A stretch of 64,000 bases of DNA, from the NCBI GenBank assembly GCA_951406725.2, contig OX597827.1, positions 80,414,001-80,478,000 of the forward strand, in the 5' to 3' direction. Numbering within the stretch: the stretch's first letter is position 1; every line of letters begins with the position of its first letter. Positions 46,746 to 59,052 of this stretch are shown here, piece after piece. Both the position numbers and the translations under genes were made by a program. This stretch comes from Octopus vulgaris. Taxonomy: Eukaryota. Under the pieces are notes generated by a model that saw only the letters and a list, made by a program, of their open reading frames with translations, did no database searches and was not told the origin of the DNA.

Positions 46746-48877
46746 AAATTAACTCCCTGAAGCTGCAAATTAATTGCATTTCTCAAAAATGTAGAATGTT
46801 TTATTTGTCTAACTTTTGGCAGAGATCAATCATATTTCTAGTCTCAAGAAACAATATGATACTCTCATATAAATTCAACAAAATTCTCTGTATAACAATA
46901 ACTTATTATTTTGGTACAATTTAAAAAATATTCTATCATTAACTTGATTGTCTGCCTTTGTATCAATTCCTTTTAATCCAAAACAGTGTGAAAAGGAAGC
47001 AAATATAGAAACAAAATTGGACCCAATGTGGTGGTGCTTTAGAAGGGTCTTACTCACAAGCATAGCTAGAGTGTGTGCCATGCGGGACAGCCCTTCCATT
47101 TGCTGCCTCCCCGGACCCCACAAAAAACACACTGCCTAAAGCAGACCCAAAAGTGCCACCTGGTGCGGATCACCCCCATCCCCACCAGCTATGCTAGTGG
47201 TCTTATTGATCTTAAAAAGTACCATATAAATTGAATTTGTATTGAATAATGTTACAGTCGAACACATAGGCTTTCGTGAGCCTTTATTGCTGTATCTCTT
47301 ATGGATTTGAAGTTTTTTTTGTGTTTTTCATGGAGCCTACAATTATTCTATTGTCCATTTAAAAGCTTAGTGTACTAACTTCGGCAGTACATATTCTAAA
47401 ATTGGAACATTTAAAAGCTTAGTAGGGACAATGATAGGAACATTAAGAATATTACAGAAAGATAAATGTAAATAGAATTTGAAGCTATTAAAGTAACATT
47501 CAGGGTAGCATGGTGGATTGGCAGATTCATTGGTGTGTGCCATGTGGTATTTGTTGTGGCTCTTTACATTGAGTTCAAAGCCAACTGTACCTTCCATCCT
47601 TTTGGGGTCGATAAAATAAAATACCAGTCAAGTACTGAGGTCAATATAATAGAATACTAGTTCGAGATGTAATAGTACAGTAAGAGTCCAAATCCAAACT
47701 CAATTGTGGGGCTCTAACAATAGATGAACATTGGTTGGAAGTACATTTGCTATTACGTCAATGTTTTGTCTATGAGTAACACCTTATATTACTGTTCAAC
47801 ACAACACACAAACACACACACACATCCTATCATTTACTGACACATACACAGATTATCTTCCTGTAAAGAGTAGAACCCATTAAAAAAAATTATGCAAAAA
47901 GGGAAAATGAAAATGTAATTCTGAAATAAATTATATTTCTAGATTTCAATGATATGCAACATCTTTCACTTACAATACAATAGCCTATGATAGAAATAAT
48001 ATTCGTTATCTCAAAACATGGATCATGGTGAAGAAGACGATGGTGATGATGACAACGATGACAATGAATGCAGTTTTAGAGTAGGTATACACAGTATTCC
48101 AATGAAACGAAAATAATGTTCTTGTAATATTAAATCTTTTAATATTTCATAAAACTGAATAATGATAATAATAAAGATAAATATTTTGTTGGAGTATCTT
48201 GAATATTAAATTTACCTTTAAATTTTGCTTACTTTTATTGTCCTTATAAATAAATTAAAATGCTTGAGCATGGGAGAAAATGCATAAAATACATATATAT
48301 TTCAATGCTATCCTATATATTTCACCAATTTCTAAAACTGCTGAACTTTAGCAATACACGACACCATTTTTGTTCCTTCCTAGTGGTTCTATGTCCAGCC
48401 TAATGTCTAACATACCACTGACTCATTTCTACTACAATCTATATACTGTTAGCAGATATATTTAAGAACTGTAGCATGTTTTTGCATGCTTTGTATTAAA
48501 TCCTTTAATACATAGCCCTCATATACCATCAAGATTACATCTTTCTTACAGTAAAACAAACACATCTATAACACTTTATTAAGTAAACTGTTCTCTATTG
48601 TTAGTTATCAATATATGTACCAGATATTATAGAGAAACATAATAATGCTTCAATGGAATTAAGTCATAATTTTAAACATCTTAAATAATATCATTCAATT
48701 AATTTTGTGATAAAACAATTTAGATAACATTACTGAGGAATATGTAGGAAATATTGTTCATGTTGTTCAATCTCTTTGTTCTCAGGTTAATATCAAATAT
48801 GTTAAAACAATATTATTTCAAGTTCAGTGAGATTTATTACATGAAATGAGATTATAAAAGATTAAATAGAAACTTAC

Positions 48878-49050
48878 CTTTTTAATAATTATATCATTGG
48901 TTATTCAGTGAGAAAGAGAAAGATGTATTGTTGTAGAAAGATCCATTGTAAGTGCTGCTGTAATGGTGTGACAATGGCTGTTATGGTGATGGAGTAGTGT
49001 AGCACGTCAGGCAGAGAGTCTGCTGCTAGGAGAGGGTTGCATGTGTCACT
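48878..49050 (-). other. Predicted non-coding first exon of P5
   Basis: Consensus leader copy. Confidence 0.8.
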
Positions 49051-49253
49051 GAAGTTGTACGTTCAATATTATTAGTAAATCCATCTAATAATATTTTGCA
49101 TGAATTTATCCTTCAAAATGATGTTTTCATAAACATTTACATATTCAAATAGCTACAATAACCTATAGTTAATCATAATTGTTTGATTTAAAAACATCAG
49201 TAATGTGAAGGCTTATCTTTGTCAGTGATTTCTTTTTATGTTTTGAAGAGAAT

Positions 49254-49287
49254 CTGATTGGTTGAATGGACTAGACAGAACACCAAT
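49254..49287. promoter_or_regulatory. Inverted CCAAT pair, P5 promoter
   Basis: CTGATTGG, 21-bp gap, CCAAT. Confidence 0.75.
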
Positions 49288-49863
49288 GGCAATATTTGTT
49301 TTAATGTTGATTTTTAAAAAAAAATTAGTAAGCAGGAGGCTTTAATATAGGGGAACATAGGATGTATAACATTCGTAACTTTCTTGAGGACATAAATAAT
49401 ATTGATAACTAGATATAATTTTTAGTTCATTTTTTGTAAACTATTTAACTATTTTGAAGTCATTGTCTACAATACCAAATTTGGAAATGAGAGGACAATA
49501 TTTCTTCAGTTTGTATCTTCATTATAGTTAATAGATGTTAATAAATTTCTATGTTACATTTTACAGAGAAAAATAAAATTATGTGGAGATGATATTTCAG
49601 TTTTTAAATCTATATTAAAATCTATATTAAATCTATATTAGCTTAATATTATTACACTGAAATATCTCATTAAGAATCAGAATGAACTCTATTTATTGAG
49701 AGAAATTCATGTTTATCTGAGAAATGGTGAGGATTTATGTAACCTTCAGTCTTTGGGAATGAACAGAAGAGATAAGAGAGATGTCTATATTGATATGTGT
49801 ACTGAATGATCTCTATCCTATATTTATACAGGAATCAGAAATTATGTCTCATCAATAATATAT

Positions 49864-49940
49864 TTATACATGTTTCACTGGTGTTTCTTCACTGGAATCT
49901 TTTGATGTGGAATTATCATTGTTTTTATAAATATTTTGAT
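49864..49940 (-). CDS. PCDH: Protocadherin P6 terminal coding exon
   Basis: aattccag| then DQNIYKNNDNSTSKDSSEETPVKHV-TAA. Confidence 0.85.
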
Positions 49941-50374
49941 CTGGAATTTAGAAACAAAATAGGACTATACAGTATTAAAAACACGACCTGTTTGTATATA
50001 TTTGCAAACAGAGGGAAAAAAAGGCATTCAGATAAATATATTTAGAAGTATGTTAACAGAAAGAAAATCAACATTTCTTGAAAATTATTGTAAAATATAT
50101 CAATATTAATTCCCAAATTTCTTTCAAACAGCCTATTTCAGCATATAATATTTACTATGAATAATTGCTATTAAATGTCTATATTTGAAATGATATAATA
50201 ACAAAAATATTACTGATTTACTTACTAAACTGATATTTCTGGTATTTTTTCATAATGTTTCATGTTTCCCCAAGTATAAAAATAGTAAGTATATTACTCA
50301 AACTAAATTGCAAATTTGTTAACATTTACATTTGAGACGAGATCAAAGTGAAATATAATCAATATAGTATTAAC

Positions 50375-50528
50375 CTGAAACTCCAGGTATTTCTTCGTAA
50401 TGTTTCAAGTCTCCTTGTCTACCACTTCTCTTGGATGACATTGTATCTGATGTATAGTTACAAACCATAGTAGCATTATCTTCCACAGCATCATCACTTG
50501 ATGTCACCACAACAGGTTGACAGTATTT
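50375..50528 (-). CDS. PCDH: Protocadherin P6 exon 3
   Basis: 154-nt exon; donor G|GTTAAT. Confidence 0.88.
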
Positions 50529-50699
50529 CTGTTGACAAACAAACGATAAAGAAATGTGAGAAGACACCAAACAATGGAAGTTACAATCAACATGGAAAGA
50601 GAACAATTTAATATTGGAATGTATTATTGAAGTTAAAATATATTCAAAGAGATTTCATTGTTCACTTTTACTGAGAGAAAATGTAATGTTTCCACTTAC

Positions 50700-53075
50700 T
50701 GGGGTAGGTTTTGGTAAAGTTCTCGACTGAACCGAAGATTCATATTTGTTCTGTAGCTGACCTTCTGCATAACATTCACTCTTGGATCTCTCAGAATAGA
50801 TATTCCGCTTCACCATCTCTTCTGCATTCCTCGACATAGCAACAGAAGTGTTAGTCTGGTACAACAATTGTTTCATCTCTGCTCTACCTTGGTAGGCTGT
50901 ATTCTTTGTGGCAGCAGCTGTGTTATCTCTGTGTTTAATACATTTCATAATACACAGCGTTATAGAAACAACAATAGCCACTGATATTATTACTGCTGAT
51001 GATACAATGATAATAACCCATGTCATATGGACCCGACCTGAAGATTGTAAAGGTCCACTCTTCGACATTGGTGACGTCTCGTTACTAACAGCTAATACCA
51101 AAGTGAGACTAGTTGTTGACGACTGAACTGGACTACCACTGTCCTTCACAACAAACACCAGCCCATAACTTCCAGCATCATTTAGATAAACTTGTCTGGA
51201 GAAGGATAAAGCACCACTGTGTGAGTTCATACTAAACAACTGTTTATCATTTCCTTGTTTGATTGCATATCTGAGGAAAGCATTGTTTCCACTGTCCCCA
51301 TCAGAGGCTCTCAAAACTGTGATGTCACTCTTACTCTGTGGATGGTACTGCACATTTAGCGTGTAAGGGTCACTACTAGGATATGTAAAATACGGAGCAT
51401 TGTCATTTTGATCTAGAATCTCAACAACAACATTCGCTGTGTCATTCAGAGATGGGCTTCCATTATCTTTGACAAAAACCTCAAACTTATACACATCTTG
51501 TTTCTCTCTGTCCAATGACATGGTCGCTGAAATGAAGCCATAACTGGTGATGAGAAATGGGAGATTGGATTTTTCTTTACGCAGCAGAGAATATGTGAGT
51601 TGTCCAGCAGATCCAAGATCAGGGTCAGTGGCATTGACAAAACCAATAGGGAAGTCTTTATCTTTGTTTTCGTAGGTGAGGAATTGGAATGTATCTTTGG
51701 TAAACTGTGGTTGTACATCGTTGATGTCAGTCACTTGGATAGAGAGGCTTTTAACACTTTTAAGAGGAGGTAATCCTTTATCTTGACAGGAGACAGGAAT
51801 GTTATAGTGTCCTTGTGTTTCTCTGTCCACTGGTTTGTTTAGAATGATTTTATATTCTTTAGATCCCATTGACTGTAGTTTGAATGTATCATGTTTGATA
51901 TCACAGCTGACCTCTCCATTTTGTCCCACATCATTGTCAGTGACCATCACATAAGCAAGGAAACTACCAACTTTGATGTTTTCAGAGATGGTACCTGTGT
52001 TATAATTGATTGCAGAAACATAATCAATATCAATAGATGGAGGATTGTTGTGTTGGTTGATGACATTTACTAGAACAGTTGCAATGGAACTAAAAGGTGG
52101 ACTGCCCCCATCCCTGGCTTCTATAAATAGTTCATATGTTTTCTTTTTTCCCAAATTTGAATATTTCTTTAACAGAATATTTCCACTGGTTTCATTTAAC
52201 TGAAAATAGCTTTTTGCTAGATCTGATGTCTTTGGACTGAAATGGAAAGAAATTTTACCATTTTCACCAGCATCAGCATCAGTCACAGATAAAACAATGA
52301 TGGGTTTAGACTTGTGATGTGCACTTTGTATGGATACATTATACAGAGGTTTTGAAAACTCTGGTGGGTTATCATTAACATCTATTACAGAAATATTTAT
52401 ATTTAAAACACCTTGTTTTGCTGGTGAACCTCCATCTTTAGCTATGACCTGTAATAAATACGTATCTTTGATTTCTCTGTCCAATGATTCTTTTAAAACT
52501 ATATTAAGCGAAGAAATACCGTCAGCTCTTTTAGACACTGACAGAGAGAATGGTTCACCATTCTTTGATTTTAATTTATATTGTATTAAGGAATTTTGAA
52601 ATCCTATATCCTTGTCCATTGCGTTTGGTAGTGATACTTTGGCTTCATCACGATCATCTTCATCAAACTGTATATTAACTTGCTTTAAAGGAAACTCCGG
52701 TTCATGGTCATTAATATCTTCTATTACTATTTTGACTTTTAATATTTTTGTGAATGATTCCATTTTCTTAATAATAACTTTAAGAGTTCTGGAACATTCT
52801 TTGTTGAATGTGCAGAGATCTTCTGCATCCAATGTCTGAGCAGTGTACAGTTTACCTGTTTTGGTGATGTTAAATAACTGTGCCACCTTTCGTTTGAATT
52901 GACTGAATGTTATCAAATGTTGGTCAGATGGTTTAACATTGTCTAAAAGTTTAGAATCGGCAGCAATGTCTGCTACATATGTTCCTGGACTTCTCTCTTC
53001 TTCCACATGGTAGGTAAGGTCTATGGTCAAGACACAGTGGACCATTGACAATACAATAGAAAATGACAGGAGCAT
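50700..53075 (-). CDS. PCDH: Protocadherin P6 large exon
   Basis: Likely start is MLLSFSIV at 53075, which aligns with the paralogs. Acceptor ttttttcag at 53127-53128; donor at 50699. Confidence 0.96.
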
Positions 53076-54259
53076 GTTGAATTGTTGGTCCAATGTGAAG
53101 ATTTCCAGATATGCAGATGATTGAGTCTGAAAAAAGAAATACAACTTTAATATTTTCATTATTTGAGCTGATATGATTCAGAATTGCACAATAATAATAG
53201 ATTTGAATGGAGAAAAAGAAAAACAATGGCTAAAATTCTGAATTTAGTAACCGAAAGCAGAAATGCGATCATATATTCAAAAGAAATACATGCTACACTA
53301 CTAAAGAAACTGAGTAATTACATATGAGGATATGTATTTAATCTGGTTATTGTAAAATATACTAAGTTACTGGCTGAAAAAAATAGTTCTGTATCAAATT
53401 CATCAGTTTATATAGCGTCAAGATTGTACAACATGTAATCAGATTGTATATGATCCACGAGGATGACAGCTCACATAGGATCTAACTGCATATTATTTGA
53501 TTCTGATGACACAGAAGCATGTCTTTCAGCTATGACTTCTATTATCTTTTTTTGCCTTAACATAATTTACGAATAACAAATTAAAAAATTTTTTTAAATG
53601 TCAACTTAAATATTGATCTGAACAGATTACCTTTCATGACAGGATGGGTCAAAATGATGATGGCAATTAGTAGAAATAATCGTTGATAATTTACATCTTC
53701 TTGTTCATAAATCAATTTATTTCCATACATGCAACTTTAATGTCTAGTTCTTTTTCACTGTCTTCCATTCAGAGTCACAATGCACAACCAACATGGAATT
53801 TACTTCTTTCTCACCAACTCAGGTCATCAACATTTATTACCCAACACTCATAATCATACAGCATTACACATATTTTGTACAATCTCTTTGTTGTCAATCT
53901 GTAGTGAGACATGTCAGCACTATTTTGTTGTGGTGACATAACACAGTCGTGCTACACTCAAAACATTCAATCACTGCTGGCCGTGGAAGGATACACGTGA
54001 CTAAGTGGTGAAGTGTGAGTTTCGAAAGGCAAAACCCAGTTCCTGAGAAGACATAGAGATCTAAACACATCAGTTGTTTGTTCTGACAACAAAACATTGC
54101 TGAATTAATGCTGATCAGAAAACAGCATTCATACAACTATAGGATCTATACCCTTACCTCACAACCACTAGAGAAACTCATTGGAAATTTAGATTTGCAG
54201 CCAAATACCAGTTCTAACTATCTTGATGTTTATTAAGAAATTAACTCATGTCTCACTAC

Positions 54260-55160
54260 ATGAGACCCAAGAAGACATGGGATGAAGTGGTGAGGACCGA
54301 TCTCAGGATGTTGGGCCCTACGAAGGAGATGACAATGGACTGAGATGTCTGGTGATAGGAGGTTCTTAACCCTTTTGTTCCCATATTTCCATTGAGATGC
54401 TCTGTGTTTCTTTCAATTACTTTCAAATATAACAAACAATTTAGTAAAATAATTTAGTTATCATTAAGCTAGTGTTAAGAACATAAATTGTGACTAAGGT
54501 TTGGTGGAAGATTTTTATTCAAAACCTATGAAAACAAGATATTTGTACAACAGAGCCAGAGCTGGTTTTGGTAATCAAAGGGTTAAGAAAACTTACCCAC
54601 ATCAGCAAAACTGCGTTCTAGAAGCACAATATGTTCCAACCACATGTAATAAAACTTTCCACACACCCTACCCCTTCATACACTAGGCTTATCTCTCACT
54701 CTCCAATCCTGTCCTCATGGCTCTGCTCCCTGTATCATTGCTATCCCACTGTCCCCTACCCCATCTATATACCCAGGTTTTCACCAGTCACTGCACCACG
54801 CTTGGCCCTTATGCTTCTTTGGTAATACCCTGCTACTTATATTATGACCTCCATACCTTGAGGGTACTTGCCACCACCTGCCTCTCTCTTCCTTTACCCA
54901 TTTATATTCTGATCCCTGTTTCCTTGTGAGTATGTGCCAGCACTTCACCACCGTCTCTCTCTCTTGTGCTCTTGCTGTCTCCCGTACTCTCTCTCTCCCT
55001 TTTTGTCTTGCTCTTCCCTCAGGCTGGATAGCCAGGTACCTCCTCCACAGCAGCACACCTGTTTCTTTCCTCATTCCTGATCACTCTCTCTCTCTCTCTG
55101 GCTGGGTAACCATGTACCTCCTCTACAACAAGACACTTTTGTTTCTGACTCTTTGACTCT
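54260..55160 (+). mobile_element. RTE-like LINE 3' end and pyrimidine-rich tail, interrupted by a piggyBac MITE
   Basis: RPKKTWDEVVRTDLRMLG at ~54262-54318. A CT-rich tract resumes after the MITE. Confidence 0.55.
54370..54582. mobile_element. piggyBac-type MITE, family A, second copy
   Basis: TTAA|CCCTTT...AAAGGG|TTAA; homologous to 1166-1385. Confidence 0.8.
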
Positions 55161-55184
55161 CCATCACACTGGAACCTTTCATCA

Positions 55185-55570
55185 ACAATGTTTCGGCTGA
55201 TATACCCTCCAGCCTTCATCAGGTATCTTGGGGGAAATTTCAAACCTGGTTTCTCATTACTAAGGTACTTTTCGATGTTATTATTATTATTATTCAGGTC
55301 ACTGCCTGGAATTGAACTCAGAATCTTGGGGTTAGTAGCCCGCGCTCTTAACCACTACACCATATGCCCGTGGGCAATTATGGAGTGAATTTTAGGGCTT
55401 ACTTATCTAATATTTTTCTATCCTTCCTTAATACCGGTTCCCATATGCTATTCATATCTGCACTTGGTCTGCTTAGGAGGTTGCTGTGTCCTAGCATATG
55501 TGCTGCTTCTTTTAGTTTTCGTATTTCCCACTGGTGTTCTCTGTCTATTCCTTTAACTTCATCCCACAGG
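55185..55570 (-). mobile_element. Penelope-like retroelement 3' end (endonuclease tail, tRNA-like module, hammerhead motif)
   Basis: Minus strand encodes LWDEVKGIDREHQWEIRKLKEAAHMLGHSNLLSRPSADMNSIWEPVLRK, resembling the PLE GIY-YIG C-terminus. Downstream lies CTGATGA-A-GGCTG...CAGCC-GAAA. Confidence 0.8.
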
Positions 55571-57190
55571 GAATTTGTTCATAAAAATAGTCACACAACA
55601 ATTTCTTTCAGATATTAGCAGTTATAATTGCTAGCAGGACAAATTTACAGAAAATGTATGTTATAAAGAAAGTTCATATTAACCTGTTTTTATTTTATTG
55701 ACTTTTATGGGATTTGTAAAGAAATGTAATTAAATGTAACAACACATCGTATTTGGCCTTTCCCCATTTCTGATGTCTATCACTTAATAATGATTAATAA
55801 GATATATATCACCAACAAACCACCTGCAAGTCATAGGTAACTGGTCAATGCTTTATATATGATTCAGGAAAATTGCAGTACTGCTGGGGTTAACCTAATT
55901 TTTGGCTTACTTAGGGTAGATGAAATAAATGATGTTTTAATACGTACATAAAAAGAAACTAATTCATACGGATTTGTTGAAAATCTTAATCCCCATATCC
56001 AAAATAGTATACAATGAAATCAAAATGTTTCGGATAGAAACATGAGATGATGTAAGTACAAATCAACGAAACATCTCTGACAATCTGGAAACGTCTGGAT
56101 ACATGAACATTAGAAATCTTTTTCACAACTGACCGATAGAACAACAACACATCCAAACACTCATAGACACACCAAGAACAGTTTATTCGGTTTTGTACTG
56201 AACTTATATAACTTGTCCAGAAAATATGGGAAAAATTATGTTTGCAATAAATAAAAATTTAAAACAAAACAAACACCAGGTGGCCCCAAAATATTAGTCA
56301 ATATTGAATAGAACATTAAAAAAAGAAAAGACTGCTTGATATAATCTAATCACAATACATTTATATTTTGATGAAATATGCATTTTAAGGTATTAGTTAG
56401 GCAAGGTATAATGTCATATCATAAAATCTTGACATATTTATAAACACATGCATGGATAAGTGAAAATATGTGTCATATGTAAAGGATGAAGATCAGGATA
56501 AATTTCCTTTCAAAACGTACTTCACAGATGTTGTGAAATTATCAGATACTTTTAACAAAAGTTAAAAAATTTCATTTCTAATTGAGTATGAAAATATTTT
56601 TTAATTATTACAACTCAAAACAGAGCTGGTACTTAACAGAAGGATATGAAATTCTTTTCCCACATTCTGTTATTTCTATTCACTTTCTGATAGCTATGAA
56701 ACATCAGCCATTATCCTTAGCCCAAGATTGTAACAAACCTTTGCCTCATAATTGCTTACAATCTACCATGCTATAAACAGGTTTAAAGATATTGTAGCAT
56801 CATTCTGCACATTTTGTATCATACAAGTTAAGATACCTTCTGTATAGCATCGACTATATACTTACAATATTATATCTTCCTTACAACAAAAGCAGCCCAA
56901 CATTATAATATTACATTATAGACTTTTTGTTACTGATCAATATATAAATCAAATATTACAAAGACATGAATAATGCTGTTTCTATGGAATAAATGCAAAA
57001 TATTAAAAATTTTAACCAATAATATTCAATTAATTTTTTTAAAAAAGCCATATGAACACTATTGAAAAATTATAAATGAATTATTGTTCAATCTCTTTGT
57101 TCTATTCTTTGTATTCAATGTCCAAATAGATTTAATATTAAGGAGTAATTATATCAAATGAGATTATAAAAAGATTAAATAGAAACTTAC

Positions 57191-57363
57191 CTTTTTAATA
57201 ATTATATCATTGGTTATTCAGTGAGAAAGAGAAAGATGTATTGTTGTAGAAAGATCCATTGTAAGTGCTGCTGTAATGGTGTGACAATGGCTGTTATGGT
57301 GATGGAGTAGTGTAGCACGTCAGGCAGAGAGTCTGCTGCTAGGAGAGGGTTGCATGTGTCACT
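57191..57363 (-). other. Predicted non-coding first exon of P6
   Basis: Consensus leader copy. Confidence 0.8.
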
Positions 57364-57595
57364 GAAGTTGTACGTTTTGTAACAGTACGTCCACCTAATA
57401 ATAGTCTGCATGTATTTACCCTTAAAGATGGTGTCTGTTTGCTATTGTCAATGACTATTTACATACACGTACAGATATAGATACATTTTTATATAACTGC
57501 AATAGTCAATTGCTCAACATAATTATTTGGTTTAATAACATTAATAATGGGACTGCTTCTCTTTTTTAGTAATTTCTTTCTGTGCTAATGAGAAT

Positions 57596-57629
57596 CTGAT
57601 TGGCTGCATGAGCTAAACAGAAGACCAAT
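57596..57629. promoter_or_regulatory. Inverted CCAAT pair, P6 promoter
   Basis: CTGATTGG, 21-bp gap, CCAAT. Confidence 0.75.
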
Positions 57630-58266
57630 GAAGATGTTCTGTATAATATTGATTTCTTAAGAATGCACAAGCCTCAGATTTTGTGGTGAGGAGGGGCACA
57701 GTTGATTATAGCAAACCCTGTATATTACTGGTATTTTATTTTTTTTAACTCTGTAAAGACTGAATGGCAAAGTTGACATTGACAGAACTCAATGCAAAAT
57801 GTAGAGAAATGTAACTAAATACAGAAGAACATTTCATTTTGTTGGTTGACTACTTTTAAAATTGATATCTTTATTAGTAGCCTGAATGCTTCATATTATA
57901 GTAAAAGTGAAAAAAAAAATAATGTGTGGCATTTGTAGAGTTCCAGAAAGCATTAGTAACATTTAGAATTAGATATATATTTGGAGCTATCTCTCAAAAA
58001 TCAGAATATGGTAGCAGAAATATTTTCTCTAATGTGTCTGTGTGTGTGTGTGCATTTTTCAATATAAATTCATTTTCCAATAAGGGAATAATATTTTTGT
58101 AGTTTTAAATGAAAACAAGTCCTTTTGCTAATCTTGTAACACTCAGTCTTCCTATGTATACACAATACGGTGTAGCAAAAATAATGTTGAGATGTTGGTT
58201 GTGTACTAAGCACTATGTTTTCCAGTCACAAAGGGGAAAATAGTTGCTGTTTTGCTAATATTATTA

Positions 58267-58343
58267 TTATACATGTTTCACTGGTGTTTCTTCACTGGAA
58301 TCTTTTGATGTAGAATTATCATTGTTTTTATAAATATTTTGAT
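58267..58343 (-). CDS. PCDH: Protocadherin P7 terminal coding exon
   Basis: Acceptor ttctgtttctcag| (different intron context, same position), then DQNIYKNNDNSTSKDSSEETPVKHV-TAA. Confidence 0.85.
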
Positions 58344-58727
58344 CTGAGAAACAGAAAATAAATAAATAAAATTTACAAAATCATGGAAGTGAACATCAAT
58401 TTCTACGATATTAACCCCACCCTTGCCATCAGAACAGTATATATCAAAAGGTCCATCTCTGGAAAGAGGCATTTTGTCAGATATATGGAATCAGAGAGAT
58501 AACATTTTGTCAAATTCTTTTGGATTGTATAAAAGGGAAGATACGAACATGTTGCTAGAACAAATAACTATAAAGAGTTCTTGAAATAACAAGAGGATAC
58601 ATTTTTGTATATACGAAAACTAATAACCAAATATTGGATAGTATTATAGACTTTTAAATATAGTTGTCAATAAATGTTTAAATTTTAGACAATTTCAGGG
58701 CAAAATATAGCAATTGCATTTACTAAC

Positions 58728-58881
58728 CTGACACTCCTGGTATTTCTTCATAATGTTTCAAGTCTCCGTGTCTACCACTTCTCTTGGATGACATTGTATC
58801 TGATGTATAGTTACAAACCATAGTAGCATTATCTTCCACAGCATCATCACTTGATGTCACCACAACAGGTTGACAGTATTT
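58728..58881 (-). CDS. PCDH: Protocadherin P7 exon 3
   Basis: 154-nt exon; donor G|GTTAGT. Confidence 0.88.
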
Positions 58882-59052
58882 CTGTTGACAAACAAACGAG
58901 AAAGAAATGTGAGAAGACACCAAACAATGGAAGTTACAATCAACATGGAAAGAGAACAATTTAATATTGGAATGTATTATTGAAGTTAAAACATATTCAA
59001 ATAGATTTCATTGTTCACTTTTACAGAGAGAAAATGAAATATTTTCACTTAC

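Noticed and set aside
53076-53159. 28-aa N-terminal extension of the 834-aa ORF (MKILKLYFFFQ...)
   Set aside because: The upstream ATG lies in the intron beyond the acceptor at 53127-53128. The ATG at 53075 aligns with all paralogs and begins the signal peptide.
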